Shown: in pieces, positions 1 to 9,122 of the stretch
How the letters are laid out: every line of letters begins with the position of its first letter
How positions within the stretch are numbered: position 1 is the first letter of the stretch
Assembly: GCA_030749075.1 (NCBI GenBank)
Contig: JASMKR010000035.1
Location: 15,858 to 79,857 of the forward strand
DNA: 64,000 nt
DNA from: Candidatus Thalassarchaeaceae archaeon
GTDB taxonomy: Archaea; Thermoplasmatota; Poseidoniia; Poseidoniales; Thalassarchaeaceae
Direction of reading: 5' to 3'
Made by a program: the position numbers and the translations under genes
Notes under the pieces: model-generated
Database searches by the model: none
Seen by the model: the letters and a program-made list of their open reading frames with translations, nothing else
Told to the model about the DNA's origin: nothing

Positions 1-477
1 CACACCCGGGAGTTTTCGCACAAGAGGATAGCGAGGGACAAGAGGGGCTACTTCTGTTTCTCATTCGTCAGGAATCCTTACAAGAGGTTGGTTTCTAGTT
101 ATCGAAACAAGTTCAACAAGGAAGATGAGGCACGATTCCTCTACTCCAACTACCTATTCGGCTACCTTCGAAACGATGACTCGTTCGAAGAATTCGTCAG
201 GAAGGTCACACGGCTTCCAGACTTCTTGTGCGACAGGCACTTCAAGACCCAGCACAGCATCATCTTCTCCCGTGGTGCCAAGATGGACCACGTGGGCAAG
301 GTCGAGGACCTCCCCGCTGACTACGAGGAGATCCGCGAGCGCTACGATTTCAATGATCTCAAGATACTCAACAAGTCACGCGGGACAAGCTCCGATGAAC
401 TGCTGACTGATGAGGTCAAGGGACTCATCCACAAACGCTTCAAGAAGGACTTCGACGCCTTCGGCTACGAAAGATAG
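1..477 (+). CDS. sulfotransferase-family protein, C-terminal part (gene starts upstream of window)
   Basis: Frame 1 is open from nt 1 (HTREFSHKRIARDKRGYFCFSFVRNPYKRLVSSY...), so the listed 88..477 ORF is only the tail. The FxFVRNPYxRLVSxY stretch matches the Sulfotransfer_2-type carbohydrate sulfotransferase signature as I remember it. Confidence 0.6.
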   Translation, partial: HTREFSHKRIARDKRGYFCFSFVRNPYKRLVSSYRNKFNKEDEARFLYSNYLFGYLRNDDSFEEFVRKVTRLPDFLCDRHFKTQHSIIFSRGAKMDHVGKVEDLPADYEEIRERYDFNDLKILNKSRGTSSDELLTDEVKGLIHKRFKKDFDAFGYER

Positions 478-3400
478 AACGTAACATTCGCTTGATCGAC
501 CTTGAAGGCCTCAATGTCGGCTGGGTGCTTTCCCTCATTGAGCGAGGCTATGCCCGCTCGCGTCTCGGACTTCACATGCTCCCAGTCGTCGTCTGCGAGA
601 TCAAGCCCGTCGACCCACACCGAGAGCCCTATGGTCGCCTCGACATCAAGGTCGAGTTGCTTGCGCTTGGCCTGTACGCGCCGGATTATGTCTCGGGCGA
701 GACCCTTGGAGAGCAGGGAGGAATCGATGTCCAAATCAAGCACTAGAGAGACGTCTCCGGCGTCGTGCGAGATGGTGTGAGCCGCAAAACCGTCCTTCTC
801 TACGCGTCTGACCTCGATGTCATCGGACGTTATCTCGTACCCGGCCAAAGCGGCGATTCCGGCCTCTATCTCGAGCAGTAGTTCATCGGGTTCTGCTAGG
901 TCCAGTTGCGCTAGAACGGAAGAAAGGTCGCCGCGGCACTTGGCACCTAGAGACTTTCTATTCGGGGCCAGCACAATCTTCTGAAATGTGTCGAGATCGT
1001 CCTCAGTGGTCAGAACCTCGACGTTGAGTTCCTCGGCTAGGATATCATGAAATCTCGAGAGGTCGGGACCTCCGACGATCCACCCCGATCGGCACGGGAG
1101 GCGTTGTCTGCGATCTGCCTCGACTCTTATGCGCCGGCCGGTCTCGGCCAGCTCGCGAACCAGTGACATCCCCTGTTCGAGCGCGTGGTCGCGCGGTGAG
1201 AGGTCGCGCTCTACCAGTGGAGAGCCGGGGGGCCAGTCGGCTAGATGGACGGAGGAACCTGTGAGCCCGCGATGGATGGAGTCGGGCATGAATGGGGAAA
1301 CCGGCGCCATCAGTCGACAAACGATTAGCAACACCTCGTGTAAAGTGTGCTGGCAGGCTCGCTTGTCGGTGCTGTCCGATTCATCCCAAAGGCGCCTTCG
1401 CGAGCGCCGGACGTACCAATTGGATAGGTCGTTGATCACAAAGGCCTCGAGGACGCGTCCAGCCTTGTGGAATTCCCACGCAACGAAGTGCTCGTGATAT
1501 TCGTCGGCCATGCCCGATGCCTTGGATACGATCCAGCAATCAAGCGGACTGCGTTGTGAGACGGGCACGAATCCCGACTCGTCATCCGCATCAAAACCGT
1601 CTAGTGCGGCGTAGTCGGCGTGGAAGCGGTAGACGTTCCACAATGTGAGGAACATCTTGGCATAGGACTCTCTGACCCCGTTGGGATCGAAATTGGTCGG
1701 CGACCACGGCGCGCTCTGCGTTGTCATGTACCAACGTATCGAGTCCGCGCCCTCTTTGTTGAAGTGGTTCCACGGGTCGACGACATTGCCCTTCGACTTG
1801 CTCATCTTCTTGCCTTCCTTGTCGAGGATGTGGCCTAGTGAGAGGCAGCGGTGGTAGCAGGTGCTGTCGAACACAGCCGTAGAGACTGCAAGCAGCGAGT
1901 AGAACCAGCCTCGCGTTTGGTCGACGGCCTCGCAGATGTAGTCGACCGGGAAAGAGCTGGAGAATCGGTCCTCGTTCTCGAACGGGTAGTGCCACTGGGC
2001 GAAGAAGGCGCAGCCCGAGTCGAACCAGCAGTCCATTACGTAGGGCTCGCGCACCATCTCGCCCGAGCATCCGTCCGAGGGGCAATGGAGCTTGACATCG
2101 TCCACGTAGGGCCGATGAAGCTCGGGGGGCGCAGGCGAGTCGTCTGTCTTCATCGAGGCCATCTCCTCGATGCTGCCGATGCAGTGCTCGTGACCGCAGT
2201 CGGGGCATATCCAAACCGGAATAGGGGTGCCCCAGTAGCGTTCGCGGCTGATTGCCCAGTCCTTGATATTCGAGAGCCACTCCCCCATGCGCTTGGTGCC
2301 GGTCCACTCGGGAGCCCATTCAACCTCGGAGTTGTGCTGCATTATCTCATCGCGCACAGCAGTCATGCGGACGAACCAACTGTCCATCGCGTAGTACAGC
2401 AGTGGGTGGTCGGTGCGCCAGCAGTGCGGGTAGTCGTGGGTGTAAGTGTGCTCGCGGTACAGCAGGTCCTGGTTGGCGAGGTGGTCGATGATATCGGAGT
2501 CGCAGTCCTTTACATAGCGACCGTCGAGCAGGTGATGGGTCCCGGAGACGAAGGAGCCGTCAATGCCGACAGTATGCTGGGCTGGGAAGCCGACCTCCAT
2601 TCCGAGGTTGTAGTCCTCCTCGCCGTACATCACTGCTGTATGGACCACACCGGTCCCGTCGGTGGTGGTCACGAAATCGGCTGCGACTACTGTCCAAGCA
2701 CTCTCGGAGTCCCCCCTATCGACTGCGTCTGGGAATAGCGGGTGGTAGGGCTTGCCGATGAGTTGCGAGCCAGAGAACTCGTCGATGATCTCTATCTGAT
2801 GGCGTAGCACGTCAGCGAGCAGGTCCTTGGCGAGAATCAACTCCTCTCCGACCTCGGCACCACCGCGCCCGTCCCAAGAGCCTGATGGAGGCTCAGTGAT
2901 ACGGATGCGGCAATAGGTGACATCAGGGGAGACCGCTAGGCCGACGTTGCCTGGCAGGGTCCACGGCGTAGTCGTCCAAGCGAGGACGGAGGCATCGTCA
3001 TCGACAAGTTCGAACTTGATGTAGACAGCAGGCTCTGAGACCTCCTTATAGCCCAGCGAGACCTCGTGTGTGGAGTAGCTGGTCCCCGTCTGGGGGCAGT
3101 ATGGCAGGACCTTGTGACCACGGAAGAGCAATCCCCTTTCGAACATCTGCTTGAGTGACCACCATGCCGACTCGATGTACTCGTCGTGCAGAGTGACGTA
3201 GGGGTCATCCTTCATTTCGATCCAGAAGCCCATGCGCTCGGTCATCTCGCGCCAAGCCTTCTCGTAAGTCCAAACGCTCTCCTTGCATTGCTCGTTGAAG
3301 GCCTCCATTCCGTAGTTCTCGATGGCCTCGTTGGACATCAGGTCGAGCTGCTTCTGAACCTCTATCTCGACAGGGAGGCCGTGAGTGTCCCAGCCTCCTT

Positions 3401-3650
3401 TGCGGTCGACGATGTGCCCCTCCATGGTCTTCCATCGGCAAACCATGTCCTTGAACAGCCTCGAGATGACGTGGTGAATGCCCGGTCGGCCGTTTGCCGT
3501 GGGGGGTCCCTCGAGGAAGGTGAAGGGGTTGTCTCCGTCTCGACGCGCCTCGATGGTCGCCTCAAAGGTCCCCTCTGCATTCCAGGTCTCCATCAAGGCA
3601 TTCTCTAGGGCGACCGGGTCGAGTTCACCAGGTGGATTGGGTACTCCCAT
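465..3650 (-). CDS. ileS: isoleucyl-tRNA synthetase (type 2)
   Basis: 1061-aa ORF with a class I aaRS HIGH-type motif (GPPTANGRPGIHHVISR) and a KMSKS motif (KKMSKSKGN). Length and layout fit IleRS. Nested antisense ORFs are ignored. Confidence 0.93.
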   Translation of the reverse strand: MGVPNPPGELDPVALENALMETWNAEGTFEATIEARRDGDNPFTFLEGPPTANGRPGIHHVISRLFKDMVCRWKTMEGHIVDRKGGWDTHGLPVEIEVQKQLDLMSNEAIENYGMEAFNEQCKESVWTYEKAWREMTERMGFWIEMKDDPYVTLHDEYIESAWWSLKQMFERGLLFRGHKVLPYCPQTGTSYSTHEVSLGYKEVSEPAVYIKFELVDDDASVLAWTTTPWTLPGNVGLAVSPDVTYCRIRITEPPSGSWDGRGGAEVGEELILAKDLLADVLRHQIEIIDEFSGSQLIGKPYHPLFPDAVDRGDSESAWTVVAADFVTTTDGTGVVHTAVMYGEEDYNLGMEVGFPAQHTVGIDGSFVSGTHHLLDGRYVKDCDSDIIDHLANQDLLYREHTYTHDYPHCWRTDHPLLYYAMDSWFVRMTAVRDEIMQHNSEVEWAPEWTGTKRMGEWLSNIKDWAISRERYWGTPIPVWICPDCGHEHCIGSIEEMASMKTDDSPAPPELHRPYVDDVKLHCPSDGCSGEMVREPYVMDCWFDSGCAFFAQWHYPFENEDRFSSSFPVDYICEAVDQTRGWFYSLLAVSTAVFDSTCYHRCLSLGHILDKEGKKMSKSKGNVVDPWNHFNKEGADSIRWYMTTQSAPWSPTNFDPNGVRESYAKMFLTLWNVYRFHADYAALDGFDADDESGFVPVSQRSPLDCWIVSKASGMADEYHEHFVAWEFHKAGRVLEAFVINDLSNWYVRRSRRRLWDESDSTDKRACQHTLHEVLLIVCRLMAPVSPFMPDSIHRGLTGSSVHLADWPPGSPLVERDLSPRDHALEQGMSLVRELAETGRRIRVEADRRQRLPCRSGWIVGGPDLSRFHDILAEELNVEVLTTEDDLDTFQKIVLAPNRKSLGAKCRGDLSSVLAQLDLAEPDELLLEIEAGIAALAGYEITSDDIEVRRVEKDGFAAHTISHDAGDVSLVLDLDIDSSLLSKGLARDIIRRVQAKRKQLDLDVEATIGLSVWVDGLDLADDDWEHVKSETRAGIASLNEGKHPADIEAFKVDQANVTFYLS

Positions 3651-3682
3651 CGAACCATTCGACCAACGGCGCTGTATTGAAT

Positions 3683-4423
3683 ATGCCTCGTTCGCCCATA
3701 GGGCGAATTTATCGATTAGCAGGTTTCAATAGTGGCCGTCTAAACGGTCAGAGCGTGTCCGACACCGCAACCATCGCTGTAAGCGGAATGACCTGCACTG
3801 GATGCTCGGGGAGGGTGAGGGGGGCGCTAGAATCGCTTGAAGGGGTTCTCGCTGCAGAAGTCTCTCACGAGACGGGGCAAGCGATAGTGACTCACGATGG
3901 AGTAGACAGACCTGCTCTGGTAGGCGCCATCACGGAAGTTGGCTATTCCGCTGATGGTGAGGCCATGGATACGGAGTTCAACTGGGGGGATGGTTCGGTG
4001 TGGCGGCAGTCGGCACACAATACAAAGTGGTGCCTGATTGGATGCTCCATCGGCGAGTTCGGTACCTTGGCCGCCTACTCTGTATTCTCGATAGGTGCCT
4101 CGGTAGTGACTGGCTCCAACCTCTATTTCCTACTACTTATTCTCCCTCTCGTTAATGGCCTGATAACCAGCGTGATGCTGGAGACTGGCATACTGATGCG
4201 TGGCCAGATGGACTTCAGGAATGCCCTTTCCACCGCACTCGGAATGTCATTCATCTCCATGCTGATGATGGAAATAGCAATGGAGATCACGGATCTGTGG
4301 TTTACTGGAGGCGAACTGGGCTTGTACCCAATCGCAATTCCATTCATGCTTCTCGTCGGCTTCCTGACACCTTGGCCGTACAACTATTGGCGGCTCAAGA
4401 AGTTCGGCGTGGCATGCCACTGA
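3683..4423 (+). CDS. heavy-metal-associated (HMA) domain fused to a DUF4396-like membrane domain
   Basis: HMA motif IAVSGMTCTGCSGRVRGALESLEGV (CxxC) is followed by a multi-helix membrane body with TKWCLIGCSIGEFG (CxxGCxxGE, recalled as the DUF4396 signature). The track start 3632 would overlap the ileS start head-to-head, so the ATG at 3683 is preferred. Confidence 0.7.
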   Translation: MPRSPIGRIYRLAGFNSGRLNGQSVSDTATIAVSGMTCTGCSGRVRGALESLEGVLAAEVSHETGQAIVTHDGVDRPALVGAITEVGYSADGEAMDTEFNWGDGSVWRQSAHNTKWCLIGCSIGEFGTLAAYSVFSIGASVVTGSNLYFLLLILPLVNGLITSVMLETGILMRGQMDFRNALSTALGMSFISMLMMEIAMEITDLWFTGGELGLYPIAIPFMLLVGFLTPWPYNYWRLKKFGVACH

Positions 4424-4469
4424 GCGAGGTCCGGCAACCTTGAATGCCCCCTTTCCCCCCTGAGGGTCG

Positions 4470-6191
4470 ATGGCTGGGCTCGTTGCGCTCCTGCAACTGA
4501 ACCCAATAGTCGGTGACATCGAGTTCAATGTCGCTGAGATCGAACGGGCGAGTGCCCTTGCCGCTACAAAGGGTGCTGTGCTTGCTTGGACCAGCGAACT
4601 GGCAGTGTGTGGCTATCCACCGCGAGACCTCTTGCTCGAGGAAGGATTCGTGAACAGGTGTCAAGATGCTGCTAGCGCAGTCCAATCCCCCATTCCGACG
4701 CTAGTGGGAACTCCGATTGATTCTGGCTCCGAGCGCACCAAGCCGGCCAACGGCGCGGTTCGAGTCGGGCCGGATGGGTCAAGCGAAGTGGTCTGTCGCA
4801 AGCAACTGCTTCCTACTTACGACGTGTTCGACGAGGCCCGCTACTTCGAGGGAAATCACGATGCGGGCCTCGCTAACGCTGCGGGCATGCACCTCGGGGT
4901 GACAATATGCGAGGACGCATGGCAGCATGTAGGAGACGTCCCCAACGACTACCTCACCGATCCCATCGAGCAGCTGGCCGAATGGCAGCAGAGCGACGGT
5001 CCGCTTAACCTAACGGTCAACCTGTCTGCAAGCCCCTACCACCTAGCCAAGGAGGGAGGGAGGGCGACTCTGGCTAGGGCGGCCGCAGGTACCCTAGGAC
5101 ATCCCTTCGCCCTTTGCAACCAGGTGGGCGGTAATGATGATCTGGTCTTTGACGGCCGCTCGGTGGTGGCATGGCCCAATGGAGTGGTTGTTCAGGCACC
5201 GGGATGGTGTAGCGGCATACTTCTGTTCGAAATAGGCAATCCTGCTTCATCGGAGTGGGTCCCCCTAGAAACAGCGACGCCCCACGATGGCTGCGATTGC
5301 AATTGCCAGATCGTCGAGGACGGGTTTCCTCAAGTTCCCGAGGCTGGCAGCGACCTGCTTTGCGCAGTCACTTGCGGCCTCAGGGATTACTGCAGGAAGT
5401 CTGGAATAAGGAGCCTGGTTCTCGGGATGTCGGGAGGAATAGACTCAGCCGTATGCACCGCCATAGCGGCGAGAGCCATGGGCCCTGAGAACGTTCTTGG
5501 CCTTTCAATGCCAAGCAAGCACTCTAGTAAACACTCCATCGACGATGCGATTGCGACCGCACGGGCCCTGGAAGTAGAGCTTCTGTCAATGCCAATCAAT
5601 GAGCTCCACGAGGAGGCAGAGGAGACTCTAGCAGCCGAACTTGAGGGTGGCAATCCCGTCGCTGCTGAGAATCTCCAAGCGAGGATACGTGGTATGCTGG
5701 TGATGGGGGCGGCGAACGCCAGAGGCTCGATGGCCGTGGCCACGGGAAACAAGTCCGAGCTGGCCGTGGGATACTGCACCCTGTACGGGGACATGAACGG
5801 GGGTTACGCGCCACTAGGAGACCTCTACAAGACTCAGGTTTACGAGTTGGCGGAAGCGATAAATGAAGATGCCAAGTCCTCGGGCAGACTCCTACCCATT
5901 ACCGCATCAACGATAGCCAAGCCGCCCTCAGCAGAGCTCTCGCCCGACCAAGTTGACCAAGACACGCTTCCCCCATACGACATACTCGATGAGATTCTGA
6001 GGGCCCTCATAGAGGATGGTGCCTCGCCTGAAAGAGTCGTTTCGGCAGGTCATGATCAATCCACGGTTTCATGGGTGGACGAGCACCTCGAAGCGAGCGA
6101 GCACAAGCGCTGGCAGATGCCTCCGGCTCCACGAGTGAGCGAGAGGGCTTTCGGGCAGGGCTGGCGTCAGCCACTGGCTGTCAAGAGGTAG
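4470..6191 (+). CDS. nadE: glutamine-dependent NAD+ synthetase
   Basis: N-terminal nitrilase/CN-hydrolase domain (GVTICEDAW catalytic Cys context) plus a C-terminal NAD synthetase with PP-loop GMSGGIDSAV. 573 aa. Confidence 0.92.
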   Translation: MAGLVALLQLNPIVGDIEFNVAEIERASALAATKGAVLAWTSELAVCGYPPRDLLLEEGFVNRCQDAASAVQSPIPTLVGTPIDSGSERTKPANGAVRVGPDGSSEVVCRKQLLPTYDVFDEARYFEGNHDAGLANAAGMHLGVTICEDAWQHVGDVPNDYLTDPIEQLAEWQQSDGPLNLTVNLSASPYHLAKEGGRATLARAAAGTLGHPFALCNQVGGNDDLVFDGRSVVAWPNGVVVQAPGWCSGILLFEIGNPASSEWVPLETATPHDGCDCNCQIVEDGFPQVPEAGSDLLCAVTCGLRDYCRKSGIRSLVLGMSGGIDSAVCTAIAARAMGPENVLGLSMPSKHSSKHSIDDAIATARALEVELLSMPINELHEEAEETLAAELEGGNPVAAENLQARIRGMLVMGAANARGSMAVATGNKSELAVGYCTLYGDMNGGYAPLGDLYKTQVYELAEAINEDAKSSGRLLPITASTIAKPPSAELSPDQVDQDTLPPYDILDEILRALIEDGASPERVVSAGHDQSTVSWVDEHLEASEHKRWQMPPAPRVSERAFGQGWRQPLAVKR

Positions 6192-6199
6192 GTTATCAC

Positions 6200-6352
6200 A
6201 TGGACGAGGATGCCGGCCCGCCCGAGCACTACAGAAAGAAGCGGGACCTCTACAGTGGAATGTTGCTACAGTCGTTGTACTGGGCCCTTAGGAGTGCAAT
6301 TGTGGTTGTGGTGGTGCTTGGTCTCCTAGCCATGTTCAGCCCCCTGCTTTGA
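6200..6352 (+). CDS. possible 50-aa tail-anchored membrane peptide
   Basis: ATG lies 9 nt after the nadE stop. MDEDAGPPEHYRKKRD... is followed by one hydrophobic helix (AIVVVVVLGLLAMF). No recognisable family and the ORF is short. Confidence 0.25.
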   Translation: MDEDAGPPEHYRKKRDLYSGMLLQSLYWALRSAIVVVVVLGLLAMFSPLL

Positions 6353-6361
6353 TACTCCCCC

Positions 6362-7258
6362 TCATTTCCTCTTGTCTTCGACTTTCTTCTTGTATGCCGC
6401 TGTAGAATCCGCTTCGGTCCACCCATCCAAGAAGAGCCCCCCGCCCTTGTGGACGCCACCCCTCACGTTCCCTTTCCGAGGTTTCCTGTCTTGATTGCGA
6501 GACAATAGGTGGCGGCTAAAGGACTTGGGGAGGCCATCCGCACCCCGTTCAGACTGGGAGAGTGAGTATGCCCTCCATTCGGCTTTGGGTCCTGACTTCT
6601 TCACGGTGATAGGGTCCCCGTCATCCCCCATAGTCAAACCAAGAACAGCGCCCAAGGCCAATAGTAGCAGTGAGCAGAACATGGAAGTATGGCCCGTTCT
6701 GAACCCCCCAATAATCATCTCAATCAGACCTGAGAGGAAGGGGTCAGGTTCCTCCTCGTGCTCCTCGACGAGTCTGACGAAATCGTCTGCCTCCAAGCTG
6801 TAGTTCCCCCTGCTGCACTGCGATTCTGACTCATTGACGGGATGATGGCAGATCTGCCCTACATAGACCATGGACTGATCGACTAGTTCGGCCCTCTCGA
6901 ATCCTAACTCGCACAGTGGATTGAAGGTGTTGTTTGTGTGGCTGAAGTTGGAGGGCTTCTCTGCACCTTCCGACCATACCAGCAATGTGAGATTCTGGCA
7001 CGAGTCCCACATCCCGTTCCCGTCGAGATCGACGTAATCGCCGAAGACGTAGGCCGCCCAACCAAGATTTTCGGTGCCCAATGAGTCATCGAAGAACAAA
7101 GTCCCGTTGACTCCGCTAAATGCAAATGTGGGGGATGAATCATCCGAATCACTGGATTCGCCGATAGGCAACTCAGTTCCAGTGATGATGACCAAGACAC
7201 TAACAAATAACACGACCGTGCCGATTGCCGCAGTCAGGTTCGCTATCGGATGCACCAC
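6362..7258 (-). CDS. hypothetical bitopic membrane protein with Cys- and sequon-rich ectodomain
   Basis: 298-aa ORF with an N-terminal helix (AAIGTVVLFVSVLVIITG), a ~170-aa domain carrying several N-x-S/T sequons and Cys residues, a second helix (FCSLLLLALGAVLGL) and a basic tail. No family recognised. Confidence 0.5.
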   Translation of the reverse strand: MVHPIANLTAAIGTVVLFVSVLVIITGTELPIGESSDSDDSSPTFAFSGVNGTLFFDDSLGTENLGWAAYVFGDYVDLDGNGMWDSCQNLTLLVWSEGAEKPSNFSHTNNTFNPLCELGFERAELVDQSMVYVGQICHHPVNESESQCSRGNYSLEADDFVRLVEEHEEEPDPFLSGLIEMIIGGFRTGHTSMFCSLLLLALGAVLGLTMGDDGDPITVKKSGPKAEWRAYSLSQSERGADGLPKSFSRHLLSRNQDRKPRKGNVRGGVHKGGGLFLDGWTEADSTAAYKKKVEDKRK

Positions 7259-7325
7259 GACTCCCTATCAGCCGCACGGGGTCTATGCTCAAGGGCATTA
7301 CGTTGGGAGGCTATCCTTCGGCCCC

Positions 7326-7778
7326 CTACTGGAAGGCGATTGCGTAAGCCGCTACCAACATCACCAGAATCCACAGCTTCGCCATTCGTTTGCGTCGTCG
7401 CGGCGAGTTGCCTGAGAGCGTGACCCTGAACAGAGTTAGAGTCGAGACCATTCCAAAACCAAAGGTAACCACAAGTGCGTTCGAACCCATTGCCCAATGG
7501 AATCCTTCGTCGGTCGCGGAGGATGTCGAGCTGCCTTCCTCATCCAGTGGGCCTCCCTCGCCAGCACCGTCCTCGACAGCGTTCACCCCTAGGAAGAGCA
7601 GGGCTAGGGCGACCAAGCTAGTTACCTGCCCGATTAGCAAGAAGGAGGAGGAGGCATCTCCCCGCCCCCCACGCCACTTGTGAATCGGGGCTCGTTTGGA
7701 TTTGGTACGTTCGTCCCCTTTCTTTCGATAGGAGGAGTCGTCGCGGTTAGACCAGCGTGACCTTGGGGACGTCCCCAT
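7326..7778 (-). CDS. hypothetical small membrane protein
   Basis: 150-aa ORF with a basic N-terminus and about three hydrophobic helices. No motif recognised. Confidence 0.35.
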   Translation of the reverse strand: MGTSPRSRWSNRDDSSYRKKGDERTKSKRAPIHKWRGGRGDASSSFLLIGQVTSLVALALLFLGVNAVEDGAGEGGPLDEEGSSTSSATDEGFHWAMGSNALVVTFGFGMVSTLTLFRVTLSGNSPRRRKRMAKLWILVMLVAAYAIAFQ

Positions 7779-7836
7779 GGACTGGAAAGTAAGACTGTGC
7801 TTAATTGGCTTGCGCGTGGTGGCTTCAGAGGTATTC

Positions 7837-8370
7837 TCACTCTTCGGATGAGGTTCCCTCGATTCGCCTTAGGATATCCCTGATCTCGACCAGCACGTTC
7901 TCGGAGGATGAGGTTTGGGTTTGCATTGAGGTCGCTTCGACGCCCTTGTGCGCGATTCCATCACGCTGCCTGAGGACGAGGTCACGGAAGCCGAGGGCGT
8001 CGGAGACTCCGGTTAGCGAGGCGCTTCCGCCACCACCACTGCCTCCTGCGGTCTCGATTGTTAGGTGGCAGAGGCCCATAGCGCTGAGAATCGGGCCCTC
8101 GATTACAGCCATGTCGGTGATCTTGTCGAGAGGGATGTTCTGCTGCTTCTTGAACAGCCATCCCTTGCGGACGTTTAGGGAGCGGTCCGTCAGGTCCATC
8201 CCGAGGTTCTCGTACTGTTTCTTATGGACAAAGTACCCGATAATAACCCACACGGGAATCAATAAGACTCCGACCATAGTGACTAGAAGCATGAAATTGG
8301 CCATCAACCACCAGTAGATAATCAGCCTCCTGTCGAACTGTGCAGAAGCGAGCATCCTGTGCTCACCCAT
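7837..8370 (-). CDS. membrane protein with bacterial PH-like (bPH_2/DUF304, YdbS/YdbT-like) domain
   Basis: Two N-terminal helices are followed by YENLGMDLTDRSLNVRKGWLFKKQQNIPLDKITDMAVIEGPILSAMGLCHLTIETAG, the pattern I recognise for bPH_2. Confidence 0.6.
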   Translation of the reverse strand: MGEHRMLASAQFDRRLIIYWWLMANFMLLVTMVGVLLIPVWVIIGYFVHKKQYENLGMDLTDRSLNVRKGWLFKKQQNIPLDKITDMAVIEGPILSAMGLCHLTIETAGGSGGGGSASLTGVSDALGFRDLVLRQRDGIAHKGVEATSMQTQTSSSENVLVEIRDILRRIEGTSSEE

Positions 8371-8404
8371 AGTTTACCGGCTATTCCCAACTACTTGAGG
8401 ATGA

Positions 8405-8782
8405 TTGGAGTGGGAGAACATACTCAAGTCCCGGCACCCACGGACAATCGTGGATTACGTAGGGATGTTGCAGACGGCTTCCCTGAGCCTTTGCAGCCTC
8501 GCTGTGGTTCTCTGGATGTCCATAGGGACACTCTCGCGCACGACCGAGCGCGAGACGCTGGCCCAGCGTACCATCGCTGCCATGTGCCTCGCATCTGCTG
8601 TGTTGCTATTCGCTCTACACCACGCTGGCGGGGAGCTCTGGGGTTCGAGGAACGTCGCTAGACTCTTCGCTGTCGTCGCGGTAATCGTGGCTCTCGCCTC
8701 GATGATGAACATCAAGGGCAAGGACGTCCAAGGGGAGTCGAATCCCCATTCAATCATGAGGAGCCGTCGAGAGGAGGAATGA
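8405..8782 (+). CDS. hypothetical small membrane protein
   Basis: 125-aa ORF with three hydrophobic segments. No motif recognised. Confidence 0.35.
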   Translation: MEWENILKSRHPRTIVDYVGMLQTASLSLCSLAVVLWMSIGTLSRTTERETLAQRTIAAMCLASAVLLFALHHAGGELWGSRNVARLFAVVAVIVALASMMNIKGKDVQGESNPHSIMRSRREEE

Positions 8783-8784
8783 GG

Positions 8785-9060
8785 CTACCCCGCGTTCAAC
8801 TTGTCATCGATGAAGGAGCGCATGTAAGCCGGAAGCTCCCCGTTAACGAATACGACGTCCTCGACCTCATCCAGCATCATCAATGAGTAGTAGATCTGCA
8901 TCGCAGTCATCGGGGTGGCGCTGCAGCCCGTACAGCCGCCCTCGAGGGAGATCATGACCACCCCGTCGGCAGTGTCTACTACGTTGACTACCCCGTCATG
9001 AGCATCCAATACCACTTGGACGGGCCCCACCGAGTCCAGGATTAGTTGCTTATCGACCAC
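8785..9060 (-). CDS. NifU/Nfu-like Fe-S cluster scaffold domain protein
   Basis: 91 aa with ISLEGGCTGCSATPMT, matching the GxCxGC motif of Nfu/NifU C-terminal domains. Confidence 0.72.
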   Translation of the reverse strand: MVDKQLILDSVGPVQVVLDAHDGVVNVVDTADGVVMISLEGGCTGCSATPMTAMQIYYSLMMLDEVEDVVFVNGELPAYMRSFIDDKLNAG

Positions 9061-9122
9061 AGGGTCACCTTCGCACCGCTCTTGAGCGGGGGGCTTTCAA
9101 ACACTTGCCCTCTCGGAGCGTC

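Noticed and set aside
1591-2738. Long ORFs nested in or antisense to ileS (1591..2319 minus, 1851..2738 plus, and others)
   Set aside because: They lie entirely inside a strongly supported aaRS gene. They are Arg/Pro/Gly/Ala-rich low-complexity translations typical of off-frame reading of GC-rich DNA, with no motifs.
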